A DNA stretch of 64,000 nt from assembly GCA_964291625.2 (NCBI GenBank), contig OZ220089.1, forward strand, positions 2,880,001-2,944,000. The letters run 5' to 3'. The number at the start of each line of letters is the position of its first letter. Within the stretch, counting starts at the first letter, position 1. Positions 45,328 through 54,356 of the stretch are shown in pieces. The notes below the pieces were generated by a model. That model had not been told where the DNA came from. It saw nothing but the letters and a program-made list of their open reading frames with translations, and made no database searches. Origin of the DNA: Candidatus Latescibacterota bacterium (GTDB lineage Bacteria > Latescibacterota > UBA2968 > UBA8231). Made by a program: the position numbers and the translations under genes.

Positions 45328-46004
45328 GCGAACCGGCCCCCCTGCACACGGCGGTGCGTGAACCGAGGATCGCGGGCCCCGGGCCGCCCCCGCTGCTGGT
45401 GATGCTCCACGGGTACGGCAGCGACGAGGCCGACCTGCTCGGTCTGGCGGACTTCCTCGATCCGCGGCTGCGGGTGCTCAGCTTTCGGGCGCCGATCCCC
45501 CTGGACATGGGCGGATACGCCTGGTTTCCCCTGGAGATCGCGGGGGAGGGTCTGGCCGGTGACTACGACCAGGCGGAGCGCACCCTGGCGCAGCTGGCGG
45601 GGCACCTCGACGCGGTCCTGCACGAGCACGGCCACGGCGGCGGGGAGACCCTCGTCCTCGGCTTCAGCCAGGGCGGGGCCATGGCCCTCGAGCTGCTGCT
45701 GGCGCGACCGCGGGCGGTCACGGGGGTGGCCTTTCTCAGCGGCCTCTGGGCGAAGCAGCGCATGCCGGCGGATCCGGGCGTGAGGGCCGCGGTGAAGGGC
45801 AAGCCCGTGCTGCAGACCCATGGCATCGGCGATCCGCTGATCCCCCTCGCCGATGCGCGGGCGACACGGGGCCTGCTCGAGGAGCTGGAGGTCGACCTCA
45901 CCTGGCGCGAGTACGCCATGGGCCACCAGATCGACGAGGACTGCCTGCGGGACCTGATCGACTGGATCGGAGCGCGCCTGGAGGTCTCGGCCTCCGGAGG
46001 CTGA
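45324..46004 (+). CDS. Phospholipase/carboxylesterase (alpha/beta hydrolase)
   Basis: LHGYGS, AWF, GFSQG nucleophile elbow, HG..DPLIP, MGHQI. Confidence 0.9.
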   Translation: MSEPAPLHTAVREPRIAGPGPPPLLVMLHGYGSDEADLLGLADFLDPRLRVLSFRAPIPLDMGGYAWFPLEIAGEGLAGDYDQAERTLAQLAGHLDAVLHEHGHGGGETLVLGFSQGGAMALELLLARPRAVTGVAFLSGLWAKQRMPADPGVRAAVKGKPVLQTHGIGDPLIPLADARATRGLLEELEVDLTWREYAMGHQIDEDCLRDLIDWIGARLEVSASGG

Positions 46005-46015
46005 CCCCGGGCCGC

Positions 46016-47056
46016 TCAGCCCTCGGCGCCGTCCACCCAGCCGGAAGCCTCGGCGCGGACGATTTCCGCCATCGCGTCGAGCCAGCGCGGGTGATCGTTG
46101 AGACACGGCGCCAGGTGCAAGGACCGCCCCCCCGCCCCGAGGAAGATCTCCCTGCCTTCGTTGCCGATCTCGTCGAGCGTCTCCAGGCAGTCGGCGGTGA
46201 ATCCCGGGCAGGCGGCCAGCAGGCTGCGGGCCCCTTGCGAAGGCAGCTCGCCGAGGAGGTCCTCGGTGTACGGCTGCAGCCACTCCTCCTTGCCGAAGCG
46301 CGACTGGAAGCCCAGCACCCACTGCTCCGCCTCCAGGCCGAGGCTGGCGGCCAGCAGCCGCGCCGTCTCCCGGCACTGGTCGCGGTAGGGATCCCCCTCC
46401 TCCACGTAGCGCAGGGGGATGCCGTGGAAGGTGATCAACCAGCGGTCGGGCGGGGTATCGAGCAGCGCCGCCTGCTCCTCGAGGATGGCCCCCAGGCTGT
46501 CGATGTAGGCCGGGTGGTCGTAGTAGGGGGGCACGAAGCGCAGGCTGGGCATGCGGCGGCGGCGGTCGAAGAACCAGGTGCAGCGGCGGCCGAAGGCGGC
46601 GCGGGTGACGGCGTCGTAGACCGACCCGGTGGTGGAGCAGGAGAACTGGGGGAACATGGGCAGGACGACGATGCGCTCGATGCCCTCGCCGGCGAGGGCG
46701 GCCATGGCCGCGTCGATGCCGGGCTCGCCGTAGCGCATGCCCAGGGCGACGCGGTAGGCCCCCCCCAGTCTCTCCTGCAGCCCCTGCTCCTGGGCCCGCG
46801 AGTGCACCATCAGGGGCGAGCCCCGGTCGGTCCAGATGCGGCGGTAGAGCCGGGCCGAGCGCGCCGGCCGCCGGGTGAGGACTAGGAGGTGGAGGATCGG
46901 CCACCACTTCCAGGGGCTCAGGTCGATCACCCGGCGGTCGCTGAGGAACTGGCGCAGGTAGGGTCTCAGGGCCCGCGCCTCGGGGGCGGCGGGGGTGCCC
47001 AGCTGGGCGATCAGCACGCCCACCTTGGGGGGCGCTGCGGAGGGCTCGGTCATCAT
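46016..47056 (-). CDS. hemH: Ferrochelatase
   Basis: GVLIAQLGTP, YLRQFLSD.RV, GSPL, MRYGEP, PQFS.STTGS, FHGIP, GDPY, FQSRFG..EWLQPYT, DCLETLDEI, CLND. Confidence 0.95.
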   Translation of the reverse strand: MMTEPSAAPPKVGVLIAQLGTPAAPEARALRPYLRQFLSDRRVIDLSPWKWWPILHLLVLTRRPARSARLYRRIWTDRGSPLMVHSRAQEQGLQERLGGAYRVALGMRYGEPGIDAAMAALAGEGIERIVVLPMFPQFSCSTTGSVYDAVTRAAFGRRCTWFFDRRRRMPSLRFVPPYYDHPAYIDSLGAILEEQAALLDTPPDRWLITFHGIPLRYVEEGDPYRDQCRETARLLAASLGLEAEQWVLGFQSRFGKEEWLQPYTEDLLGELPSQGARSLLAACPGFTADCLETLDEIGNEGREIFLGAGGRSLHLAPCLNDHPRWLDAMAEIVRAEASGWVDGAEG

Positions 47057-47135
47057 GCTCTGCGGTGGCCGGAGGTGGAGGGGCTGCCTAATATACCGCC
47101 AAGTCGCCACGATTCTCAGACGGAAAGGACCGCGG

Positions 47136-47855
47136 ATGCGTTGTGTCTTCGTCGGCGTCGAGTACGCCGGCAAGTCGACCCTGATCGAACTGCTGACCGC
47201 CTATTACCGCCAGCGCAGTCAGCGGGTGCATGTGGACGACCACTTCACGATTCCCGACTCCTCCCTCAGTCCCCAGTCGCGGGCCCGCTACATCGACTTC
47301 CCCGACGACGTCAAGGAGCGCATGCAGCGCATGCAGATCCAGTACCACGTGGAGGTCATCAAGAACTACGATCACGTGATGATCAGCGGCTGGCATATCG
47401 AGGAGCGGATCTATTCGGACTTCTACGGGGAGGACCCGGATCACCCCTACTATCCCCGCTACGCCCGGGGGCACCACCGGCTCTACGAGGTGCAGGTGCT
47501 GGAGGCGCGGCTTCCCGACCTGGCCCTGATCCACGTGACCGCCTCGGACGACGCCATCCGCGAGCGCATGGAGTCGGACCCGCACGAGTACCAGATCGTC
47601 CGCGCGGGGGACGTGGCCGAGCTGAAGGCGCGGTTCGCCGACGAGGTGGCCGCCTCCCTGTTCACCGACAAGCACCGGCTCATCGAGCTGGATACCACCG
47701 GCCGCAGCCCCGCCGAGTCCCTCGACGAGCTGCTGCTCAAGTCCGAACCGCTCATCACCCAGGGCGAGCTGGCCATCCGGAGCCTGCCCGTCCCCGAGAG
47801 CGAGTACGACGTGGTCTACGAGAACGGGGTTCGGCGGACGGTGCCCAGGGCCTGA
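47136..47855 (+). CDS. P-loop kinase-like protein (nucleoside monophosphate kinase fold), substrate unknown
   Basis: AAGGA RBS; N-terminal Walker A GVEYAGKST; LIHVTAS...IRERM lid region; IELDTTG. Confidence 0.7.
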   Translation: MRCVFVGVEYAGKSTLIELLTAYYRQRSQRVHVDDHFTIPDSSLSPQSRARYIDFPDDVKERMQRMQIQYHVEVIKNYDHVMISGWHIEERIYSDFYGEDPDHPYYPRYARGHHRLYEVQVLEARLPDLALIHVTASDDAIRERMESDPHEYQIVRAGDVAELKARFADEVAASLFTDKHRLIELDTTGRSPAESLDELLLKSEPLITQGELAIRSLPVPESEYDVVYENGVRRTVPRA

Positions 47856-48075
47856 ACGGGCGCCCGGGCGGGTTCCCGGTCCCGCCGGCCGGAAGCCCCG
47901 CTGCGGCGGGCAGGACCCATGCGCGGACACCAGTCTGACGCGAGCGTCTCCCGGCGGCGGGTCAACGCCTCTCCGGGCGCGGGCCTGGCCGCGGCGGTGA
48001 GCGGCTTCGCCGGGGCCCCCCTGGCCTGCGTGCGGCCCCTTGGCCGCGCCCCCGCCGGGGAAGGGAGCTGAGGCC

Positions 48076-48609
48076 GTGCTGCCCCTGCGCAAGGTCGAGA
48101 TCCGCCGCCTCTTCGAGAAGGCTGCCCGCGACTACCCCCCGAAGGCGGAGCTCGCCTTCCTGCTGCAGAGCATGGAGGACCCGCGCAACGTGGGGTCCCT
48201 CTTCCGCGTGGCCGACGCCGTCGGCGCACGGGAGCTGGTGCTGGCGGGCCGGACCCCGGCGCCCCCCGACGACGAGATCGACCGCACCTCCCGCGGGCAC
48301 GACCGGCGGGTGCCCTGGAAGGCCATCGCCGACACGCAGGAGGCGATGCGCGCCCTGGGGGCGGAGGGGTACCACATGGTCGCCCTGGAGACGGCCCGGG
48401 GGGCGCGGTGCTTCCTGGACTACCCCTGGACGAAGAAGGTCTGCCTCGTCCTGGGCAACGAGTCGAAGGGCGTGTACCCGGCGACCCTTGGCCTGTGCGA
48501 CGGCGCCGTCTTCGTCCCCATGTACGGCAAGGGGCCGTCCATGAACGTGCACGTGGCCGCCGCCCTGGTCGCCTACGAGGCGTTGCTGCGAGGCGGGAAG
48601 GCGGGCTGA
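48076..48609 (+). CDS. TrmH/SpoU-family RNA 2'-O-methyltransferase
   Basis: DPRNVGSLFR, LVLGNESKGV, VPMYGKGPSMNV. Confidence 0.9.
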   Translation: MLPLRKVEIRRLFEKAARDYPPKAELAFLLQSMEDPRNVGSLFRVADAVGARELVLAGRTPAPPDDEIDRTSRGHDRRVPWKAIADTQEAMRALGAEGYHMVALETARGARCFLDYPWTKKVCLVLGNESKGVYPATLGLCDGAVFVPMYGKGPSMNVHVAAALVAYEALLRGGKAG

Positions 48610-48631
48610 GCGGTGGTTGCGGGGCCGGGCG

Positions 48632-49453
48632 TCAGGCCTGGCGGAGCGCCGCCATGGTCCGTTCCATCGACTCGCGGAAGGGCCCGGGCAGCGAGTCGAG
48701 ATAGGCGGGTTCAGCGTATTCCGGCTCCCGCGCCCAGTCGCTGACCACCGACGACTCCGCCGCCAGGCCGGCGTCTCCGTAGATGATGAACAGGGACCGG
48801 CGGCGAGCCCCCGGACCCTTCAGGCCGCGGTGGATCCCCCTCGCGTCGAAGGGCGCGGCGCTGCCGGCCTCGAGGCGGACCTGCCGGGCGCCGGGCCGCG
48901 CCGTCTCCGCGTCCCAGCCGCTGATCCCCTCGTCGTAGCCCTCCTCCTCCTCCGCGGTGTTGGCGCGGTTGTGGGAGCCGGGGACGTACCAGAAGGAGGC
49001 GTCGTCCTCGAGGGCCACGAGGACCTGGGTCGCGGGGAGTCTCTCGACCTCCCGGAGGCGTCTTTCCGTGGGCGAGTCCTTCCCCCAGGCGAAGTAGGAG
49101 TCGCGGTGCCAGCTGGAGCGGTAGTCGTACTCCTCGTTCATGGCGAAGGCGGCGACTCCGTGCATCGCCGCCTCCTCCCCGAGAAGCCGCCGCGCGAAGG
49201 CCAGGATGGCGGGAGCGCCGAGTGCTTCCATGAGAGGCCTGCTCGCCAGGGAGGGGTGGTGGGGGTTCTGGAAGCGGTATCCCTGGAGGAACCCCGTGGT
49301 CTCGTCGCGGGGGGCGAGGCCCAGACCCAGGGCGGCCTCGATCGTCTCCTCGTAGCTCCGCCGCACCTCCGGCAGGCGATCCGGGGGGATGACGTCTTTC
49401 AGGATTGCGTATCCTTCCCGGTCGTACCGTGCCATCATTCCCTCGGTGATCAT
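48632..49453 (-). CDS. Phytanoyl-CoA dioxygenase (PhyH)-family Fe(II)/2OG oxygenase
   Basis: GAGGAG RBS; YDREGY..LKDVI, WHRD (HxD), VPGSH, distal IHRG, RRSL. Confidence 0.85.
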   Translation of the reverse strand: MITEGMMARYDREGYAILKDVIPPDRLPEVRRSYEETIEAALGLGLAPRDETTGFLQGYRFQNPHHPSLASRPLMEALGAPAILAFARRLLGEEAAMHGVAAFAMNEEYDYRSSWHRDSYFAWGKDSPTERRLREVERLPATQVLVALEDDASFWYVPGSHNRANTAEEEEGYDEGISGWDAETARPGARQVRLEAGSAAPFDARGIHRGLKGPGARRRSLFIIYGDAGLAAESSVVSDWAREPEYAEPAYLDSLPGPFRESMERTMAALRQA

Positions 49454-49466
49454 CGATCCCCTCCTC

Positions 49467-50651
49467 ATGAGTGAACGCCCCGACATCGTCACCCGCCACG
49501 TCGACAGCCGCGAGACCTCGCGCCTGGGCCTGCCCGTGGGCCGAAAGATCGGCCGGCTGGACACGACCACCAACTGGGTCCTCGACGACCGCTTCGATCA
49601 CGGGCCCCACGACGGGCTGCACCGGCGGCTCACCGTGGTCGACGCCTACTCGGCGGCCGTGGACCTGGAGGAGATCCTGCGGGGGGGCATCGACGTGGTG
49701 ATCCAGGCCTTCGGGGTGGAGGAGCGCTACGTGGCCGGGGCGCCCCTCCTCGATCCCCTGGCCGAGCCGGAGCGCGGGTCCCGGCAGTGGGAGCCGTTCT
49801 TCGACGGGGACGCCCTCGTCGAGCGGGTGCTGATGAACCTCGACGAGCACCGCCAGTTCGCCGAGGCCTGCGCCGATCACGTCGAGGTCGCCTGCTCGGG
49901 CGAGGACGTCTCCCGGATCGTCGCCGGCGGCCGGGTCGCCATGGTGCTGATGCTGGTGAGCGGCTTCATCGCCGACAGCCTCGACGTCCTGCGCGAGTAC
50001 CACCGCCGGGGCGTGCGGGTCCTGTGCCCCAGCCACCTGAGCGCCACCTCCTGGGCCGACTCCAGCGCCGAGCTGAACGATCCCCCCGGCCTGACCGGCT
50101 TCGGCCGCGAGGTGATCGGCGCCTGCGAGGAGCTGGGCGTGATCGTCGACCTGGCCCACTGCTCCGACTACACCTGCCGGGACATCCTGGCCGCGGCCAC
50201 CCGGCCGATGCTGGCCACCCACACCAAGGCCCGGGCGCTGAGCGGAAGTCTGCGCGACATGCCGGACGAGCTGCTGCGGGGGGTGGCCGAGGGGGGAGGC
50301 GTGGTCTGCGCCCTGGCGCCGGCGCCGAGGACCCCCCTGGAGCGGCACGAGGCCCGGCGCCGCCGCGACGACGACCTGCACCGCCGCTACCCCGACCCCT
50401 TCGAGCGGGCCCGCGCCAAGCTGGCCGACGCCGAGGTCTGGGGCACGAAGCTCGACCTGGAAACCATCGACCACCTGGTCGGCGTGGCCGGGATCGAACA
50501 CGTGGGCCTGGCGAGCCACGCCCAGAGCGTGCCCCAGTGGAAGGAGTACACGGCGGACCTGCTCGCCCACGGCTACTCCGAGAGGGACGCCGCCCGGGTC
50601 CTGGGCGAGAACCTCCTGCGGGTGCTCTCCTCGGCCGGGGGCGCCGGCTGA
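49467..50651 (+). CDS. Membrane dipeptidase (M19)-like amidohydrolase with altered metal ligands
   Basis: GVRVL, GLTGFGREVI..C.ELGVIVDLAHCS, ATH, RDMPDE.L..VA..GGVV, IDHLV.VAGIEHVGL, LGENLLRV. Confidence 0.75.
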   Translation: MSERPDIVTRHVDSRETSRLGLPVGRKIGRLDTTTNWVLDDRFDHGPHDGLHRRLTVVDAYSAAVDLEEILRGGIDVVIQAFGVEERYVAGAPLLDPLAEPERGSRQWEPFFDGDALVERVLMNLDEHRQFAEACADHVEVACSGEDVSRIVAGGRVAMVLMLVSGFIADSLDVLREYHRRGVRVLCPSHLSATSWADSSAELNDPPGLTGFGREVIGACEELGVIVDLAHCSDYTCRDILAAATRPMLATHTKARALSGSLRDMPDELLRGVAEGGGVVCALAPAPRTPLERHEARRRRDDDLHRRYPDPFERARAKLADAEVWGTKLDLETIDHLVGVAGIEHVGLASHAQSVPQWKEYTADLLAHGYSERDAARVLGENLLRVLSSAGGAG

Positions 50652-50658
50652 CGGCCCC

Positions 50659-52689
50659 TCAGCCGGAGGGCGCCACGTACGCCGAGCCGGACCGGCCGCT
50701 CTCCCCCGGGTTCACCGGGAAGGGGATGGGGATCCCGTCCCCGTGCCAGGGGAAGGCGTAGCTCGGGTCGTTGCTGAACCGTGAGAGGCCGGCGTCGAGG
50801 CGGACCTTGGCGGCGGGTGGCAGGTCGACGGCGATGTAGCGGCCGTTGACGGCAGTGACGGCTGGTCCCTCCCCTTCGCCGCCGTCAGCCCTCACCTCGG
50901 TGAAGGTGTGCTCCCCGAAGGCGCCGGCCTGCACGATCAGCCGCCGGGAATGCTCGCGGCTGCAGTTCACCAGCTGGACTCCCACGGAGCCGGCGTCGAG
51001 ATGGTCCACGAGGGCGGCCACGTCGGATGGCAGCCCGGGGCGCTCCTCGTCGGCGTCGTAGTAGCGGACCGTGGCGCGCAGGAGCCCGCCGTTGTAGATC
51101 GACTGGGGGGTCCCCATGGTCACCTGGGTCAGGCCCTTGGTGAGGACCGGGTTGGCGGGAATGGCGTTCGCCTGCAGCCGCTCGATCACCGTGCGCCCGT
51201 CCTTGCGCATCTCGTCGATCGCCTGCATCGACCACTCCGCCTCGGCGGACAGGATCTTCTCCGGCCAGTCCGGGTTGTTGCCTTCGTAGTACTGGTAGCG
51301 GGCGAACTCGGTCTGTCCCGAGTTCTTCTCGCTGCCGGTGTCGCCCACGTCGTTCCAGTCGCGCTCCACCTCGCCCTCGCGCACCCGCTCGATCAGTTCG
51401 CGGTCCTCCTGCGACATGGAGGCGTGGTAGAGGTGGGTCAGCTCCTGCATGCGCCAGGGCATCGGTCCGGTGTAGACGTGGCGCATGGGCACGATCGTGT
51501 CCTCCCGCCGCGGCAGGGGCGGGTCGTACTGCCACCCGGAAGGCCCGTAGCGCGTCGGCATGATCAGCTGGCCGTCCTCCCTCTTGATGGAGGCGTCGAG
51601 GAGGACCTTGACCTGGTCCCGCAGCAGGTCGAGATAGCCGAAGTCCCCGGTCAGCAGCACGGCGCACTCGGCGGCGATGTTGAGGCTGTGGAACATGATG
51701 TTGAAGCCCTGGTAGTGGTTCCACCCGTACTGGCCGCCCCAGAAGTTGCCGTTGCGGCGTTCGCCGACGATGCCAGTGGGTCCCACGTTGTCGGGCATGA
51801 CGCCGCCGTTCTTCGCCGCCCGCTCCATCCACGCCTCGGTGTACTCCAGGACCCAGCGCTTGTAGCGCTCGTCGCCCGTGTAGAGGTAGGCGTGGGTCAC
51901 GAGGGCGGTGGCCCCCAGGTTGTTGGGCGTGTCCGCCTGCAGGATCAGCTTGTTGAAGAGGTCGACGATCTCCGCCTGCCGCGCCGGGTCCTCCCACCAG
52001 TCGAGCTCCAGGTCCTCCACGATCGGGTAGAGGCTGGCGCGGACGCCGTAGTAGTTGACCTCGCTCCCAAGCCAGCGCCCCGCCAGGAGCATGGCGTGGG
52101 CGGTCTCGGCGCTCGCCTCCTGCAGCGGCCCCTGGCTCGACTGGAAGGGCGACCGGAGGACCTTGTGCACCGGGTCGTAGTTGGGGGCCTCCGGATCGTC
52201 GCCGGTGTAGAACCCGGCGAAGAGCTGGGCCCGGCGGGCCATCTCCGAGATCGTCGGATCGGCGACGCCGAAGTCGTAGAAGGCCATCATGCCCTCGCCG
52301 AGATGGTGCCACTCCATCGCCTGCTGCAGGTTCCAGAACTCCCGCCGCGCCGAGGGCCGGAAGACCTTCTTGTGGTCGTTGAAGCGGGTGCGGTGGACGA
52401 CGCCCTCGTCGCTGATGCGGGCCGTGGCGTTCCAGGCGGTGGCCGCCATCTCGAGAAGGCTGTCGTCCGCCCCCATGGCGTAGAACAGGCCCCAGTTGTA
52501 GAACTGCTCGAAGAGGTCGTCGAAGTCCTCGGCGTAGAGGATCGCCCCGCCGCGCTCGGTGCACTGGCGGAACCTCAGGCGCGCGGCCTCCTCCATCTGG
52601 GCGATGAGATTGCGCTCCAGCAGGGCCCAGGCCGGCGGCGCGCCCACCCGGGCCGCGGTGATCTGCGGCATGCCATTGGTATCGGTCAC
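50659..52689 (-). CDS. Uncharacterised ~650-aa family protein, paralog A (possibly alpha/alpha-barrel, linalool dehydratase-like)
   Basis: Shares PPAWALLER, NWGLFYAMG, EWHH.GEG, APNYDP, PDNVGP, QAGAFGEH motifs with 59095-61029 and 61040-63028; GAGGAG RBS; no signal peptide. Fold assignment is tentative. Confidence 0.7.
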   Translation of the reverse strand: MTDTNGMPQITAARVGAPPAWALLERNLIAQMEEAARLRFRQCTERGGAILYAEDFDDLFEQFYNWGLFYAMGADDSLLEMAATAWNATARISDEGVVHRTRFNDHKKVFRPSARREFWNLQQAMEWHHLGEGMMAFYDFGVADPTISEMARRAQLFAGFYTGDDPEAPNYDPVHKVLRSPFQSSQGPLQEASAETAHAMLLAGRWLGSEVNYYGVRASLYPIVEDLELDWWEDPARQAEIVDLFNKLILQADTPNNLGATALVTHAYLYTGDERYKRWVLEYTEAWMERAAKNGGVMPDNVGPTGIVGERRNGNFWGGQYGWNHYQGFNIMFHSLNIAAECAVLLTGDFGYLDLLRDQVKVLLDASIKREDGQLIMPTRYGPSGWQYDPPLPRREDTIVPMRHVYTGPMPWRMQELTHLYHASMSQEDRELIERVREGEVERDWNDVGDTGSEKNSGQTEFARYQYYEGNNPDWPEKILSAEAEWSMQAIDEMRKDGRTVIERLQANAIPANPVLTKGLTQVTMGTPQSIYNGGLLRATVRYYDADEERPGLPSDVAALVDHLDAGSVGVQLVNCSREHSRRLIVQAGAFGEHTFTEVRADGGEGEGPAVTAVNGRYIAVDLPPAAKVRLDAGLSRFSNDPSYAFPWHGDGIPIPFPVNPGESGRSGSAYVAPSG

Positions 52690-52794
52690 GAGCTCTCTCC
52701 TCGGGAAGCGGGGCGGCCCAAGCTAGCGAAACCCCCAAGGCGGGACAACGCTGGACGCACCCGGGGAGTCCGGCTATCCTCTCCGCCCTTCGTC

Positions 52795-54339
52795 ATGACC
52801 TCGAGAGCACGACCTCCGCGCTACCGCGTCATCTTCAACTGGGACGGCGACAGCCTCGCCTACGGGGAGCATCCGCAGTCGGCGGAGCGGCTCGTGGACC
52901 AGATCTTCCGTCCTCTCGAGGGCACCCAGGTGGACGCCGTGTTCTGGAGCATCGGCAGCCACGAGGCCCTGTGGCCTTCCGAGGTCCACGAGCGCGAGGG
53001 GGAGCGCACCGGCCGCGTCTACGCCTCGGTGCGGGCCATGCGCCACGCCGAGAACGTGTGGAGCCTGTTCGAGGCCGGCGAGAGCGTCTACCAGGCGATG
53101 GTCGAGCGCGGCCACCAGCTCGGGATGCACGTCTACGTCTCGATGCGGATGAACGACAACCACTTCTACAACACCCGCCCCCACGAGTTCAAGAAGCTGA
53201 ACAAGGGCACCCGGCTGCGGCAGGACCATCCCGAGTGGCTCCTCGACGTCGACGACGTCCCCGAGAGCCGCGGCGTCGGCTCCTGGAACTTCGCTCACGC
53301 CGAGGTCCGCGAGCACAAGCTCTCCTACATCCGCGAGGCCTGCGCCCTGGCCGACTGGGACGGCGTCGAGCTGGACTGGCAGCGCCACCCCTTCCACCTG
53401 CCCCAGCACGACGGTTACCGCCTGCGCTACGCGCTCACCGACCTGCAGCGCGCCGTCCGCGAGATGGCCGACGGGATCGCCGCCGAGAGGGGGCGCCCCT
53501 TCCACGTGGCATCGCGGGTGGCCACGACCCTGGAGGCGTGCCGGCGCATCGGCTACGACGTGCCCCGCTGGTGCGGCGAGGGCCTCTGCGACGTCCTCAT
53601 CGGCGCCGGCGGCTCGTCCACCGACCCCGGCTTCGAGGTGGCCGCCTTCAAACGCCACTCCGACGGCACAGGCATCCGTCTCTACGGCGGCTTCGACAGC
53701 TCGTACCGCCAGGAGGCCGCCCGCCTGGTGAGCCTCCTCGAGTGGCGCGAGGCCTTCTTCCGCGCCGTGGCCGCCGGTTATCTCGCAGAAGGGGCCGACG
53801 GGGTCTACACCTTCAACTGGTTCCCGAAGAAGGCCGACTGGACCGGGCTCCTGAGCACCCTCGGCGCCGAGGAGACCCTGCGGGGCACCGACAAGATCTA
53901 CTCGGCCCTGCGCCGCGGCGACACCTGGCAGGACGACGCCCTGGCCAACGCCGTGAACGACCGCATCCACGGCGAGACCTCGGTGGCGCTCATGCCCGGC
54001 CTCACCGGCGACGGACCGACCTTCACCCTGGGCCTGTACGACGACGTCGGCGAAGGCTCTCTGCAGCTGCAGATCGAGATGGCCCACTGGGCGCCCGGGG
54101 ACGCCGTCCGCGTCACCCTCGACGGCGAGCCCCTCGGAGATCCGGCGATCCGCGACGTGGCGGAGATGGCCGAGGCTCCGCCGGACGTCTCCGAGAACAA
54201 GTGGCTCGTCTGGGACCTGGATCCCGAAGCCGTGGCCAGGGGACCCCACAAGGTCAAGGTCGTCCTGGTCAGCCGCGACCCCCGCCTCGCCCTGCCTCTC
54301 GTCGTCGAGCACGTGGACCTCCACGTGAAGTACCGGTAG
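52795..54339 (+). CDS. GHL10-like TIM-barrel protein with C-terminal beta-sandwich, paralog 1
   Basis: IFNWDG, GTQVDAVFW, SMRMND, HPEWL, WNFA..EVR, DGVELDWQRH, GYDV..W, GVYTFNW. Confidence 0.65.
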   Translation: MTSRARPPRYRVIFNWDGDSLAYGEHPQSAERLVDQIFRPLEGTQVDAVFWSIGSHEALWPSEVHEREGERTGRVYASVRAMRHAENVWSLFEAGESVYQAMVERGHQLGMHVYVSMRMNDNHFYNTRPHEFKKLNKGTRLRQDHPEWLLDVDDVPESRGVGSWNFAHAEVREHKLSYIREACALADWDGVELDWQRHPFHLPQHDGYRLRYALTDLQRAVREMADGIAAERGRPFHVASRVATTLEACRRIGYDVPRWCGEGLCDVLIGAGGSSTDPGFEVAAFKRHSDGTGIRLYGGFDSSYRQEAARLVSLLEWREAFFRAVAAGYLAEGADGVYTFNWFPKKADWTGLLSTLGAEETLRGTDKIYSALRRGDTWQDDALANAVNDRIHGETSVALMPGLTGDGPTFTLGLYDDVGEGSLQLQIEMAHWAPGDAVRVTLDGEPLGDPAIRDVAEMAEAPPDVSENKWLVWDLDPEAVARGPHKVKVVLVSRDPRLALPLVVEHVDLHVKYR

Positions 54340-54356
54340 CGCCGCCGGGAGCCGCC

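Noticed and set aside
47856-48075. 220-nt GC-rich intergenic region as a possible ncRNA or REP element
   Set aside because: Only short GC-driven hairpins and a 12-nt match (GCCGGAAGCCCC) to the ppk2 downstream region were found; no recognisable RNA family.
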